From the NCBI RefSeq assembly GCF_009914755.1, contig NC_060936.1: DNA of 64,000 bases; one strand, 5' to 3'. Position 1 is the stretch's first letter, and the number at the start of each line of letters is the position of its first letter. The notes beneath the pieces are model-generated. The model saw nothing but the letters and a program-made list of their open reading frames with translations. It ran no database searches and was not told the origin of the DNA. This DNA is from the human T2T-CHM13v2.0 reference genome, Homo sapiens. A program made the position numbers and the translations under genes. Shown piece by piece: positions 58,733 through 64,000 of this stretch.

Positions 58733-58862
58733 TTCAGCATCATCATCAAGCCGCTGTTTGAGTCGTTCAAGGGCATGGTGTCCACCAGCAGCCTGGAGGA
58801 GCTGCACCGGACGGCGCTCTCCTGGCTGGACCAGCACTGCTCCCTGCCCATCCTCAGGCCGA
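58733..58862 (+). CDS. MLXIP: MLXIP exon 16 (FSIIIKPLFESFKGMVS...HCSLPILRP)
   Basis: cacactgcag| acceptor, |gtgagt donor, 130 nt. Confidence 0.95.
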
Positions 58863-59469
58863 GTGAGTGGGGCAGTGCCAGGGTGGGGGGCTTCATGCTA
58901 GTCCTGGAGGGAGGACAGCCCCAGGCTGAGGACAGTATTAGCCAGACTCCACTGCAGGCAGCCAGGTGGGGCCGGGGAAGGGGCACAGTGCTGTCCAGGA
59001 GGTCCGCAGTCAGGAGCGCCCAGTGGGGGCAGGAGGCTCCTGCCCTTTTGTGTCTCCCAGCTTGTTCAGACCCAGCTTGCATGGATCTAGTGCCAACTAT
59101 TTGCCAGGCCCTGTATCAGGTGCCTTCAGGTGTGTTTTCTTGTTTAATTCTTATAACAACAAGCAAAGATTATCCCATATGTTAAGGTTATAGAAGCTTA
59201 ATATCAGAACAGCTGGCAGCCCCGTGGCACCAGGAACAGCATAGGATGCTCCACCTACGGCAGCTCCTGGATTTGGGGAGGCTTCTGGAGGCAGAGGGGT
59301 GAGTGCCCAGGTCTCGGTGTCGGCCCCTGGCACTCCTCCCTGCAGTCCAGCATGGCTGCTGCTCGCCCCGTGCCTGAGCATTCCCACATGGGTTGTAGGT
59401 ACAAAGCCGAGTGTGCGGTGTGTGGTGGGTCTGTGTCACTGCCTGTGTCTGACCCTTTCTGTCTTGCAG

Positions 59470-59591
59470 TGGTATTGAGCACGCTGCGGCAGCTGAGCAC
59501 CTCCACCTCCATCCTCACAGACCCGGCACAGCTGCCAGAGCAGGCGTCCAAGGCTGTCACCAGGATTGGCAAGAGATTGGGAGAGTCCTAG
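59470..59591 (+). CDS. MLXIP: MLXIP exon 17, coding part (MVLSTLRQL...GKRLGES*)
   Basis: tgtcttgcag| acceptor; TAG at 59589-59591. Confidence 0.96.

Positions 59592-64000
<4,409 letters not shown>

Overview
Human (primate) genomic DNA covering most of MLXIP (MondoA, bHLH-Zip partner of MLX) on the + strand. It holds about 45 kb of the repeat-rich first intron (exon 1 lies upstream of the window), coding exons 2-17 (45042-59591, 2347 nt in an open frame across all junctions) and the first ~4.4 kb of the 3' UTR. The exon numbering and the 919-aa length come from my recall of the MondoA protein; they fit if exon 1 contributes 413 coding nt. The rest is Alu, L1, L2, MaLR/MER21 LTR and Tigger-family repeats, a 2.4-kb GT-rich tract and a C-rich minisatellite. 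Repeat boundaries and subfamilies are by-eye estimates. I see no convincing wholly new biological system. The best leads are a U12-type (minor spliceosome) intron 15, a candidate intronic-polyadenylation isoform after exon 9 that would lack the bHLH-Zip, tandem alternative splice sites, hidden higher-order structure in the GT tract, a 100-bp triplication and a motif cluster in intron 6. Nearly all ORFs in the supplied track are spurious.
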